From NCBI RefSeq assembly GCF_004010195.1, contig NC_057753.1, positions 7,946,520-7,988,549 on the forward strand: a DNA stretch of 42,030 nt, written 5' to 3'. This stretch comes from Chiloscyllium plagiosum (taxonomy: Eukaryota). The position numbers and the translations under genes were made by a program. Shown here piece by piece: positions 1-12,297 of this stretch; within the stretch, counting starts at the first letter, position 1, and every line of letters begins with the position of its first letter. The notes under the pieces were generated by a model. That model was not told the origin of the DNA. It saw nothing but the letters and a program-made list of their open reading frames with translations, and did no database searches.

Positions 1-133
1 AAGCGAGCATTGGATAGGCATATGGAGGATAGTGGGCTAGTGTAGGTTAGGTGGGCTTGGATCGGCGCAACATCGAGGGCCGAAGGGCCTGTACTGCGCT
101 GTATTCTTCTATGTTCTATGTTCTATGTTCTAT
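1..133 (+). mobile_element. CR1 LINE 3' end (young family), truncated by window edge
   Basis: End of ORF2 (KRALDRHMEDSG), 3'UTR and (TTCTATG)n tail; near-identical to the reverse complement of 5006-5130 and very similar to 40879-41000. Confidence 0.9.
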
Positions 134-705
134 TGCAAGAGTGGCACCTCCACATCACTGTAACTAATGACGTTTTAGCCTCGTACCTCCTACAAGTACT
201 GATATAATCCCATTGAACTCCCATAAATTCTGACCCTGTCCCTGAAGATCCCTGTAAATTGTGTTCACTCACTGAGGTTGCTCCGTGATTACAGAGTGGC
301 ACTCTGTAGTGGAATAAACTCCCTGGCCAAACACTTGAAGAAGAAATCAGTTTACAAACATACTCTCGCTGCAGAAAAGATGAGCTCGCATAAGAATCTG
401 AGAACGAAATTACGGGACTGTTTTACTTCTTGAAGGTACGAACTCCGTGAACTCAATTCCTTTCACTTCCCTTGTCTTTCTTCATAACAGTGCACTCTCT
501 TAGGCATCCTTGCAAACTTGAGCAAGACCAAATCAAATTTGAATGCAAATTGAGTTGGAAACACGTATAGATATAAAGTTTGTGATAAAAGCTGTCACCA
601 TCTACATCCTGTCACACTTGGTCCAGCATATCTTGTATCCTCTCCGGATTGTGACCCCGCAACTATGCTCAAAACAATCCAACGTTTCAGGAGATCGACT
701 GGAAG

Positions 706-1380
706 TGAAGATTTGTGACCCCTCAAGATCCGCCTCTTGGTTGGGGATCGGTCAAAAGAATCAACGAAATGCGGTCTGTACAAAAGTAAGGGTCATTAGC
801 CCATTAAATTAAGGTACCTTGATGCAATTCTGTCCAGCAACACAGAGGTTAAAGGTTCTCTGTTCCATGATGAAGTTGTGCAATTACATTCAAAAATTAC
901 ACATTACTTATTTTTTTTTTATTAAGAGATAGAACAACCTTAATTACAAGAAAAGATCAATCACATACTATAACTTGAGCCGATTTACAGCAAGTTAATC
1001 GAAAGATACTTCCTGGGAAAGGGTTCTTAATAACAAAAAAAGTCCCATCAACTGTAATATCGTGACATGATTGACAACAGGCTAATCCATTGGTACTCCC
1101 AGGGAAAGAAATCTTATTTACGTAAATCATCATGCCACGGTTCATTTCAGGGTTAGTGCGAATACTCAATTAATGTGTCAATATTTTCATTTTATGAAAA
1201 CTCCATTGTCCTCTTATTTTTGGATTTCAGCGTAATTTTCCAAAACAGCAGTACAAGTTCACAGGGTTCAATCACTATTCTCAGACATGTTGTTGTATTG
1301 TTTTAAACTGAAAAGCCATTTTGTGGTTAGTAAAAATCTACATATACTTGTTGCTTCAAAATTCAAATTTTAGATCCTCA
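706..1380. mobile_element. Solo LTR (ERV- or Gypsy-like), 675 bp
   Basis: TG...CA termini with imperfect inverted ends (TGAAGAT...ATCCTCA), 4-bp TSD GAAG (702-705, 1381-1384); absent from the paralogous site at about 20955. Confidence 0.75.
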
Positions 1381-1636
1381 GAAGGTGTGGAGAGGCTCCT
1401 TAATGGGATGCAAGATCCTCCACGCTGGACCAATATGCCGGAACAGGCTGGAGGTAAGGTAAGTAGATTATGTGCTGCTCACTAAGCTGTTGCGTCGGGT
1501 TGACTGAATCCATGAGAGAGATTTTAATTTGATTTCGTATATTTTATTGCTACATACAATGTAATGCATTGAAAAGTATTGATTTGATTGCTGTCCAGTG
1601 AAATAATTGTTTGTATAACTAAATTAGGGTAAGACA

Positions 1637-1915
1637 GCCCTGGATCGGCTCAGTGGTCAGTACTGCTGCCTGAATTCAGGGGCTGAATTCGATTCCATTC
1701 CTGGGTGACTGTCAGAGCGGTGTTTGCACGTTCTCGCCAAGTCTGCATTGATTTATTCTGGGTGTTCTAATTTCTTCCCATAGTCCAAAGATATGTAGTG
1801 GAGTCGTTTTAACACGGTTACTATCAGTTTATGGGGTCTGGGAGGGATGTTTATCAGAGGGTCAGTCTGGACCTAATGGGCCAAATTGCCTCTTGCCCTC
1901 TATTAATATTGTATG
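1637..1915 (+). mobile_element. Old degenerate HE1-like SINE, predating the duplication
   Basis: CAGTGGTCAGTACTGCTGCC head and SINE body; counterpart at about 21217-21480. Confidence 0.7.
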
Positions 1916-2801
1916 AATTCAGAATACAGCGCTACAAGGTTCTATTTTAAAATCCCACCTAATTCCTGAATGTATCCATTTCAACAATGGATCATAAATA
2001 TTGACTCTTGTGACTCTGAACATTAAATTTTACAATTTGAGTGAAGGAGTAGCTCATTGCGGACTGTTTGCAGCCACGCTTGTGATTCAGTCCAGTTGAT
2101 GCATTCATTTGGGAATGTTAACATTTATGCAATGGAAAGTATGTGCGGTGTGACACGGAGTGGCAGTAGATTGGCATTGGTGAGATTATGTTCACAGAAT
2201 GAACGCGGGCACAATGTACCAAAAGGTCCCACTCAAGTTGTAAGAATTCTGAAAATCTCTGAATTTGCTTAGGATGTTGGTCTCAAAATAACATGTCCTG
2301 TTTTTTGGGGGGAGTGTTTCTGAATGGCATACTAGCTGTGAAATATGAAAACGTTGCATCATAACATTGCATAAGATGGACAGTTACAGTTTCAAAAGGG
2401 CCTGTGAACCCTGGCATGCTGATTTGAAGCAATTATTGTTATTTCTTGACCTGGAGTGACAGTTGCGCCGGTCTGTATACTAGGCATTTAAACTGTCCTA
2501 TTCTACACCTTTCAACACAATCTCGATAGGCAGGATATTAGAACCTGTTCCGACAGATCTCTCTTCTCTTGCACTTGCACATTGGACGTGTTCTCGATTT
2601 GCACCTAGGATGTAGAAGAAACAATGCACTTACTGAATCTGGGATGTATTCCTTGCTTTCCATTCTGAAGCAGGAGGAAATTTGTCACAATGTCGATCAG
2701 ACCAAACCAAAACTATTAATTAACTGTAATCTAACCCACGTCACATGTAAGTGACGGAATTTTATGCATTCCGTCCTATCGAGTCGAACGTTGTAATGTT
2801 C

Positions 2802-3102
2802 TTAGATTAGATTAAGTATAGTGTGGAAACAGGCCCTTTCACCCAACAAGTCCACACCGACGTGGAACTGACCCAGACCCATTCCCCTACATTTACCCCT
2901 TCAACGAACACTATGGTAATTTAGCATGGCCAATTCACCTAACCTACACATTTTGGACTGTGGGAGGAAACCCGGAGAAAACCCATGTACACACAGGGAG
3001 AATGTGCAAACTCCACAAAGTCAGTCGTCTGAGGTGGAAATTGAACCTGGGTCTCTGCCGCTGTGAGGCAGCAGTGCTAACCACTGTGCCACCGTGCCGC
3101 CC
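2802..3102 (-). mobile_element. HE1-type tRNA-derived SINE
   Basis: Minus strand begins GGGCGGCACGGTGGCACAGTGGTTAGCACTGCTGCCTCACAG (A box), B box GGTTCAATTTCC, (TCTAA)n tail; absent from copy B at about 22380. Confidence 0.9.
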
Positions 3103-5005
3103 TCTTCCTTTACACTTTCCCACCTTCACTTAGTGCAATTTTGTCCGTCAAATGGTGTGCTGAAGTGGAACAACATCCAACAATTGTTGTTAACAATTAT
3201 TGCTGTATAAGCCTGAACTCTTTGTGTTAACATTCAAAACGCAAAACGAGCGTCAAATACCCTTGAAAAGAGATACACCTGGTTGATTCCTTTGATGGAC
3301 TGTTTGACATATTAGATAGGTTTTCAGTACAGCCAAATAAGGGGTGACGCTATTGAAACACAAAATATTCCGAGGTTACATGAGAGTGCAGATATTGGCA
3401 TCATGGTTCTATATGCGTGGAAATTTCATGCCAAGTTACAAAATAATTAAAGAATAGTTGTAGGGCGAGGGTCATTCATTTCAGGCAGTGATGCAAAACA
3501 ATTTATTCTTTCACAGGTTATCAATACTCTATTTTTTTTATTCCAGTCACTTGTGGAACCTATATCACTGAAGGCATTTTTAGAGTTTGTAAAGCATTAA
3601 AACATTGATGGATGTGAGCAGTTGGCACTAACGATGATTTCAGACCTGGGACAGGTAATACGTCATTTTAGAGAATGTTGAAGCAGTTTGAAGGGCTGAA
3701 CGGCTGACTTCTGTTTAAATATCCCACGTTCACAAACACCCGCACTTCTGCCCCACATTGAAAATTCACGATCCCACAGTTTATGACTCTTAATTATCAG
3801 GAACATTGTTTGCATCTTCACCTTTCAGGTATTACACTTTCCATACATTAAAATCTATTTTCTGTAATTTGTGTTCAATACCTTTGTATGGATTATTCTG
3901 CAGTCACTCCTTTGAATGCTGCATTCGAGTCACTATTTTGTTTCACTCTCGGCAGGAGCAAAGAATCGTGGTTCTCCAAGATGACTCTTGTGATGTGCTC
4001 TAAAGTCTCCTATTTGGATTATATTTTTGGCTTTGCAAATATGGGAAACTTTTCCAGTTCACGTTCAACAGAAAGTAATAATGATTTCTATATGGATTTG
4101 TGTTGCATTGAGTGTGGAATTTACAGTCAAGTTGAAGACTGCCAGTGCAATTTTCAAATCATGATAGATGATTGCCACTTGCAGTGCAGCTAACTTTGGG
4201 AACGTAGAAATTGTGATGCTGCATTCAGGGATATTGTTGTAAGCAATGACTGAATGACTAAGCCACGTTTGTCTGTTGGTTGACTTATGCATGTATAGAT
4301 CCCACTGTGCACACACCACTTTTGTGATATTAACAACGATATAGGTAGTGGATTGGCAGTAAATTTTCCAGCCTCCTTCACGAGCAAATGTCCATCCAGT
4401 TGCTGGATGTTTTAGCAGGAGTGCAATTCTGGGAATGTAGCAAAGATGATTTGCAGTGTCTAAACGAGGGAGTCAGAACTGCTACCATGCACCTTGGAAT
4501 CTACATGGGAGGCCTGTGACGTGTACACATTAAGACAGGTTACAAGCCATCAAAATCATCATCAAGAATGAAAGTAGAGATTGTCAACTAAATGTCTGTA
4601 AATTGATGATCCCAACAGATATTATAATTGGACATGGCAATCTTTTGACTGAAATCGGACTTGCCAGCTTTTCTTTGTTTGTTTCGTGACAGTGCAAGCT
4701 TCAGAACTTTAACAACAGGTCAAGGATTGAAAGAAGCAGAAATAACTTTGCTTACAATAAACTGTCAAAGGACAAGTTCAACGTGTTTTGCTGGAATTGA
4801 AACCAGCTAGTCATGTCTGAGACAAGAAGCAGTCGAAGATACACGAACAAAACTGCTTTGACAGCTGCTTGATAAATGGTTGCCTTGTGCCACAAGGACA
4901 AATGGCTTCGCTTCAGGAGAATTTAAGACGTTAATCACAGGAACACTGTGTCTTCAAACAGACAGCAAATTCTAAATGGAACAAGGCAAAAAAGAAAGAA
5001 AATTC

Positions 5006-5659
5006 TAGAACATAGAACATAGAAGAATACAGCGCAGTACAGGCCCTTTAGCCCTCGATGTTGCGCCGATCCAAGCCCACCTAACCTGCGCTAGCCCACT
5101 ATCCTCCATATGCCTATCCAATGCCCGCTTAAATGCCCATAATGAGGGAGAGTCCAGCACTGCTACTGGCAGGGCATTCCATGAACTCACGACTCGCTGA
5201 GTAAAGAATCTACCCCTAACATCTGTCCTATACCTACCACCCCTTAATTTAAAGCTATGCCCCCTCATAATAGCTGACTCCATACGTGGAAAAAGATTCT
5301 CACTGTCGACCCTATCTAAACCCCTAATCATCTTATACACCTCTATCAAGTCACCCCTAAACCTTCTTTACACCATTGAAAACAACCCCAAGTGCCTCAG
5401 CCTTTCCTCATACAATCTTCCTACCATACCAGGCAACATCCTGGTAAACCTCCTCTGCACCCGTCCCAGTGCCTCCACATCCTTCCTATAGTATGGCGAC
5501 CAAAACTGCACACAATACTCCAGATGCGGCCGCACCAGAGTCTTATACAACTGCAACATGACCTCAGTACTCCAGAACTCAATTCCTCGACCAATAAAAG
5601 CCAATACGCCATATGCCATCTTCACCGCACTATTTACCTGGGTGGCAACTTTCAAAGAT
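5006..5659 (-). mobile_element. 5'-truncated CR1 LINE (ORF2 C-terminus plus tail)
   Basis: LYKTLVRPHLEYCVQFWSP and RGHSFKL...FFTQRVV motifs; (TTCTATG)n tail; absent from copy B at about 28145. Confidence 0.93.
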
Positions 5660-6829
5660 AAATAGTAAGGCAAGCTGCCGGCTTGCAATATATCGGAACG
5701 TCACAAATTTGAAGCATGGAAAATTGTATAAGAATTAAACTCCGTGATTTCTGAGGAGCAGAACTCCAGAGAACAGCATTGAATAACCTTGGAGCCCTGG
5801 ACACATCCAGAGACAAAAATGTTGATTGTAATCCTGTCTAAATTCCTAAATGAATTGGTCATACCTAAGTTGTGTTTTGACGCTTCACTTACATATGAAG
5901 CATCATTTTAATTCCAAAATGCAGTGAAGTTCAAATTATTGTTTCAGTATTTGATTTATTATTGAGATGTGGTAATTATGTCGAATTAATGACAGCATGT
6001 AGTCATTTAAACACACATGTTTGTTTTGGTTCTAAAGCATTGTGCCTGTTCGATATACACGCATTTGTTCATGTGTGTTTGAGCGTAACAGCACAACAAA
6101 ACTGTGGCATGCAACATAAATGAAGGTAAAACTTACTAAACCAAGTTATTTATATATAACACAAATATGTTGGGTTACAAACACATGATTAAAACGACTT
6201 CGAACTATATAAAAATTACACCTTTTCAGACGTCACACGGAGAGAACGTCCTTCATTACCACCTGCTTAAAGTTTGCCTTGATTTACGATTAATTCCTAA
6301 TCTTGACAGGTGCATGCAAAGTGGTATTGAGCTAAAATTTTCTATTTTCAAGGAACACCCAAACACGGATTCAAACAAACATTTCAGTTTGATAAACGTT
6401 TGAAAACACATTTCGGTGAGGTCATGCAACAGTTATAAAATGCAAAACTAACTCCCATTCCTCACGTGCAAATGATTTTCAATTGCAGCATTATCCAATG
6501 TTCCTGCAGAACCTTTAACTTCATGCTAAGCTGGTATTTTTCATTTGAAGCTGCAGTTGTTTCCTCGGTTCCAAAATAAAACATGTTTTAGAGTCTGCCA
6601 TCTTCATGTCTAAGACATACATGTTCACTCTGTTTATTCATCAATTTCGAACAAAAATATAGTTTCCTGCTGAAAGTGTTCATCTGAGCAGTCTTTCAAT
6701 AATAATGTTGGCTACCAACTACTTAGTTATCATAGAAAGCCTAGACTGCAAAGTAGGCCAATTGAGACAACACCAACGGTCTGAAGAGCATCCTGTCCAA
6801 AGCCACGCCCTCACTATAACTCTGCATTT

Positions 6830-7058
6830 TGCATGACTAAGCCACATCACCTCCACATTACTGGATACTACGTGCAATTTGCTATGGCTAGACCACATTT
6901 TTGGACACTGGAAGGAAACCATAGCACCCGGAGAAAACAGACGCAGAAATGGAGAGAAAAGCAAATTGCAAACAGAGATTCAAGTGCAAGTCAGATAGAA
7001 CCTGGCTCTCTGGCAGTGTGAAACAGTGGCCCTAACCAATGAGCCAGCGTGCCCACCC
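6830..7058 (-). mobile_element. Old degenerate HE1-like SINE, predating the duplication
   Basis: CACATTTTTGGACACTGGAAGGAAACC...GAACCTGGCTCTCTGGCAGTGTG resembles 2802-3102; counterpart at about 29385-29608. Confidence 0.7.
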
Positions 7059-7595
7059 GAAACGTTAGTCATTATTTTGTTTTAATAGAAACACAGAACC
7101 TATATGCCACTAATTCAAATGGAAAAACAAAATTCAAATGTTACGACTTGACCTTCAAAACAGCAGAACCATAAATAACAGTTAAAAACCTGTAAATTGT
7201 ACACCTTATGTCACAGCACAGCTGTAATAAATTAAAATGGCTTTCCACATAATGGTTGATAGTGGGCCCTGTCGAATGCCATCAGCAAAGCCATTTCTCC
7301 AGCTTCGTTAAGAAAGTGCTGTTTTTCCGTGAAACATTCCATTCAAAACCGTAATCTTCAAAGAAAACATCAAGATTGTTTGGCTAGAACACGACATGGA
7401 AGATCGCAATTTGTGGGTCAACAATATTTAATCGAATTTATTGTGAAACTTGGAACATATGTGAAGACTGCTGTCTGTTGAAATTCGGTGTTCCTATGAG
7501 GATGCAAAATTGAGAACATGCCAGAAACGGCTTTGGATGTGGCATGATCATAGAGTTGACATTCTGTAATCTGAGCTATGGTTCATGTTAAGTTA

Positions 7596-9129
7596 TCACT
7601 TTTTCAATTTTTTGATTATTTTACTGTAGAAATTCATTGTATATTTGAACACCTTGTTCAACTCAACTCTGAATTTAGCCTGGGTGCCAGCATAAATAAA
7701 CGGATTAATGCACGAACTCAATAATTGAAGCATAAATCCCGTTTCTTGGAGAATAAAAATGGAATTGGCAAAATCAGAAGCAGAAGGATATGTCAGATTT
7801 GCAATTCGTACATAGCAAATTGTTACGAAGTATAGCAAATATAACAGGACGAAACTACCCGAGACCGTGAAAAGTAAAACAATGGACTTTCTCCTTCTTT
7901 CCACCTCTGGGTCGCTCTGATTTTCTCTCGTGCTGTGGGACCGGAGTTTCCTACGGCTTCTATTAGCTGTAAGAATGTGTCTGATGGTCAGCACATTGAG
8001 CAGTAATATCAGAAGAAAAGGGAGACAAGGTGTTAAAATAATTCGAATCCAGTCGTATGCAGCCCATGCAAGGGATGTATAAACAATCGCCTTTATTCCG
8101 CAGAGCCAAGGTGTATTGTCAATTACATAGATAGGTTCATACGCAAAATATGAGACAGTGTTTTTGAGACAGCTCATAATAGACAGAATTCCTATGACCC
8201 ACGCAGCTATCTTCTTAGTACAATATTTCAGTTTCAGTGTCTTGCAAGAAATTGCCACAAATCGATCAACAGTGAAAAAAACGGTTAACCAGGCAGAACT
8301 GTCAAGGGCTGCATAATTTAGAGCAGAACGAAGACTACATATTGGTGTGATGAACAAGAAACTAAATGGAAAATAAATTCCAGCAACACGGTTTAGTATT
8401 ACAGCCGTCAGCATCACCAGGAGATCCGTTACAGCCATGGACACCAAGTAATACGTGACGCATTGACACAGACCACATCTTCCTCGAGACAGGACAACAA
8501 TCACTATACAGTTAGCTTCCAGAGAGAGAGAAAGAGAAATTACGTAAGAACATACATTCATTAAGAGAGGGCAATGGCTTAGTGGCACTGAAATTGATAA
8601 GTAATCAAGAGACTGACATAACATCATTGATTCTGAAATGTCAATTATGCAATTCACTTATTTTCATGGAATTAGGAGTCTGGTGATTACCATGAAACGA
8701 TGGTCATAAAATCCTACCTGATTCCTTAATGCTCTTCACGGAAGGAATGCTACAATTGTAAATTAATCAGACATATATGTGAGCCAAGATGCACGACAAT
8801 GTTTCAATAATGAAAACTAAATCTGCAGAAGTAATCATCGCCCCGAAAATAAAACCGAGCTAGATTGTGTCAAGTATACCAAGAAAGACGAAAAACAAAG
8901 GAAGCAGCTCGATATAATACATTAAGGCAATGATGAAAAAAAATGATCCCATTGGAGGGAAAGAAGAGTACTTGTCATGTGCAGAAGCATCACTGTAAAT
9001 ATTGGAGTCTTTATGTAGATAAAGAATGGCTCATTTAAGAGCTGAGTAGAATTTTTTACCTGGAATCCCGACAGCAGCTAGTACTGGATAGTAAATAGCA
9101 AACAGCAGCCCTGTCAACATTTCATGCAT
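7596..9129 (-). CDS. GPR139/GPR142-like class A GPCR, copy A; exons 9129-9060 and 8515-7596; 329 aa
   Basis: Exon 1 MHEMLTGLLFAIYYPVLAAVGIP+G, donor GTAAAA at 9059; polypyrimidine tract and AG acceptor at 8517-8516 restore P-A-N in TM1. Seven TM segments with TDLL (TM2), DRF (TM3), ECL2 Cys (PWLC), NPFIY (TM7) and helix 8 KFR. Confidence 0.9.
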
Positions 9130-9167
9130 TTTTAAGCACGTGTGCATATCATTGCAAAGTAGCCTCA

Positions 9168-9214
9168 CTTATACCTGATGCTTGACTCAAGGGGACTAAT
9201 TAGTTTGTTCATTC
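9168..9214 (-). promoter_or_regulatory. Putative core promoter: TATAAG plus adjacent EBF-like and homeodomain sites
   Basis: TATAAG at 9173-9168; ACTCAAGGGGA abutting CTAATTAG at 9185-9203; 30 nt identical to 31739-31768 at the same distance from the ATG. Confidence 0.5.
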
Positions 9215-11759
9215 TTTTGTCATTAGTACAGTCAAATTAACACGTTATATACAGCAGATGCGATTTTCTGATTTGATGGAAAGAAATTGTTTTGCTTTTC
9301 ATGTAAGGTTGCTCTGACGGAACTTCACATAAAATTCAGAATGAATCTAGTAGCATCCTCAGAGCATGAATGTCAGTTAAAAGTACAGGTATTTTTCAAT
9401 TAAAAGTTCGCATTTCTGGAGAATACGCAGCTCAGGTCAGATTTTCAGCATAATTCCGTCTGCGATCTAGCTTATCAGGCATAGCACGTTTTCGAATTTC
9501 CTTGGGACTGTGCTTTAGAAAATCTGTGCATCTGAAGTGTTCCGTTTTCTAGGATCAGTCAAGTCCTGTCAGATTTGATATGCATTGCCTCAATTGTATG
9601 TTTTCACATGTTCGCTGTGCTTTCACAGGACATTTTCTTTCTATCATTCTGGACAAGATCACTGCAACATGACCAGTTCCACTGCAACAATCCTACTCAG
9701 TATGGTAAGGTGCAGATTCTGATCAGATGTATTCAGTAGCGACATGTTAAGATCAAGGTTTATAAACTGAATGAAAACTGCCCTATTCCAGCATCGTGTC
9801 TTTAGGCCACATTTTCTGTGCAAGTGCTGATCTCACTCAGATTATTATTCCACTCTTACTTTATATGAAAGGACTGAGTTCTGCAGTTCAGAAAGAAGAA
9901 TACAATCAGGGCTCCATCAACAATGTGGAGCAGCAAGTCAATTCTGACAGTTATATTATAGGAAAGAGGCAGAAAGAAAAAAGGAAATTATCACAGTGGC
10001 CATCTGTAATAAATAGTTCAGAATGGCAATGCTGTAGTTATTAAATGACTAAACAGAGCCTGGTAACCTTAACGTAAAACAAAGGTTTCTTGTGGTTAAC
10101 TGGCAAACGCTCAACTAGAGAGATGAACGGTCTCTGAGCAGAGTATTACAAATGCACACCTATTATCCTAATCGAGTAAACCTTAGGCTCTTACCACTAG
10201 GCATATGATGGCCTAATTGACTGGCAGATCTAATTGCCCACTACCTACATTCGGACTTCCCCTAACTTATTCCACTCACGTCATTGATCCCTTTGACTCG
10301 AACACGCTGTAATCGAATTATATTTTGATAGTATGTGCTTTTTTCAGTTTATCTCTCCGGAGTTATGTATTCGTCATTATGTTCCAGGACTCTTCTTATA
10401 ATTTATGGGGGCGCCAGGTGGGACGTAACACAATTCTAATCAGTACTCCCATTTTCAAATTAGAGCCTTGGTTTATGCGTTAAAGTTAAAATTGCTGATA
10501 ATTGTGCCGTGGGCTAGTTACACTCCTGGATACCCTGAGACCATATTGGTCTGACATCAAATACCTCTTCCATTCCCAAGCTGATGTCCCAACAAACGGA
10601 CTACATTATTGTGATTAGCTGCATCTTGAGCGGTATGAGTGCTAGAACAACATGTTTCATTAGTTATCTATAATTACTACAATATCTGCATCTATGTATA
10701 ATCTAAATTAGTACATTTATATAACTATGCAATTAAAACAAAACTTAAATACGTCATGACAAAATTCATTCTGACATGAAGGTTACGTATAACCAAGTAT
10801 AATTAGCCAAATTCAAGGTCATAGCAGTGCTCATGATTCTTCGATAAATGCAATAACAAGGAGGGTCTTACTGAAACTAGAGTACATAAATCTGGAAATA
10901 AACGAGAGCCACTTGGCATTGAAACTGTAATCTAAAATATTAGTTCGTTGCTTACATACTGTACAGAATTCCCTGAATTATTTCTTTGTCAAATGAAGCT
11001 TAAGTAATACCACAGGACGCTGGAATATTAATATCTGCATTGCCGACATAATCAGACTACCGTGATATCAGATTAATTGAGAAACATACAGATAACTGAT
11101 CAGAACTAAACTAAATCAATTATGAAATCTATGTTTACTTATTAAACTCTCAGGTAAAAAAAATGATCTTATCTAGCTTTACTTCGCATTACTGTTTCCC
11201 AAAACGTATTTCATCTTTTTGCATGCTATGTGATATTTTAAAATAGAAAATTAGCTCAACCAAGTGAAACTGACCTTGCTATATTTAAGTTACATATTGT
11301 GACTTGTCAGAAACTAGTTATCTACCTGACTATAAAGGTAGCTTACTTTTCTTTACGTTTTCACCTCTTAATTCGTGGCATATTCAAATCGTCGAAGGAT
11401 GACTCAAATACCAACTTATCTCGGATTCAGTGTGCGACACCGATCAGGGGAGCAAATGCAAACGATCATTCTGAAATTAGATGTTTTTCATTAAATACTA
11501 CTTCCAGACATATTGTTTCGATTCACTAAATAAGATAAACCAATATATATCATTCCACCCGTGTCAGTATAGCAGTTATACAATTCGCTAAGTATGTATT
11601 CATTAATAAAGTACAGAATTCAAACTTTTGGAAAGTCATATATGTTCTTGACAGATGTGAAAAGAAACCATTTCGTGGAATGTGTAGGAGTTTTTTTCAA
11701 GACCTTACTCTGTATTGCATTTTGTTGTTGTGTATTACTCTGCATCCATCTTTTTTGTA

Positions 11760-11905
11760 TTAGAGAGCAATATAGCATGGAAACACATACTTCCGTCCGA
11801 CCAGTCTGTGCCAAACATGATCGTCTAGATACATCTGCCAGCTCTTGGTCCTTATCCCTTCAGAACTCTTCTGTTCATCTACCTCTCCAAAAGTCTCATA
11901 ATCAT
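11760..11905 (-). mobile_element. Degenerate CR1/SINE-type 3' end fragment
   Basis: ATAGCATGGAAACACATACTTCCGTCC resembles the CR1 3' end at 17845-17880. Confidence 0.5.
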
Positions 11906-11914
11906 TGTGGCTGA

Positions 11915-12297
11915 AAGATTTACTGTTTCTTCCTGAGAGCAGGAATATGGGAAGACATACAAGAGGATCAGAGGATTAGATAGGGTAGTCAGTGAAAGTC
12001 TTTTTACTAGGATGATGACGTCAGCTTGTACGAGGGCGCATAGTTCCAAATTGAGGAGTTATAGATTCAAAACATGTGTCAGAGGAAGGTCAGAAAGTAG
12101 TAAGTGCGTGGAATGCCCTGCCTGCCAGTGAGGTTAACTAAGCCACATTAGGGGCATTTATAAATCCTTGGATAAGAACATGGATGATGATGGGATACTG
12201 TAGGAGAATTGGCAGTGATTAGTTTACTGTCGGGCATAACGGTATTCAGTTCAGCAGAGAAAGACCTTGTCGGTGTTGTATTGTTCTATGTTCTATT
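11915..12297 (+). mobile_element. Degenerate CR1 3' fragment
   Basis: ATCAGAGGATTAGATAGGGTAG...GGAATGCCCTGCCTG...TTGTTCTATGTTCTA tail; same family as 40555-40878. Confidence 0.8.

Larger units (their letters stand above)
143..11680. repeat. Segmental duplication, copy A (paralogous to about 20394-34800)
   Basis: Collinear similarity by eye from GGCACCTCCACATCACTGTAA (143) / GGCACTTCCACATCACTGTAA (20394) through the GPCR gene to TTCTTGACAGATGTGAAAA (about 11645 / 34761). Confidence 0.9.

Noticed and set aside
7437..7442. Poly(A) signal for gene A
   Set aside because: Not conserved in copy B and common in AT-rich DNA; cannot be supported without transcript data.
8516..8657. N-terminal 47 aa of the 353-aa ORF (and the first 13 aa of the 318-aa ORF at 31081-31120)
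   Set aside because: Intronic read-through including the polypyrimidine tract (SLSLSL); not conserved as coding between copies.
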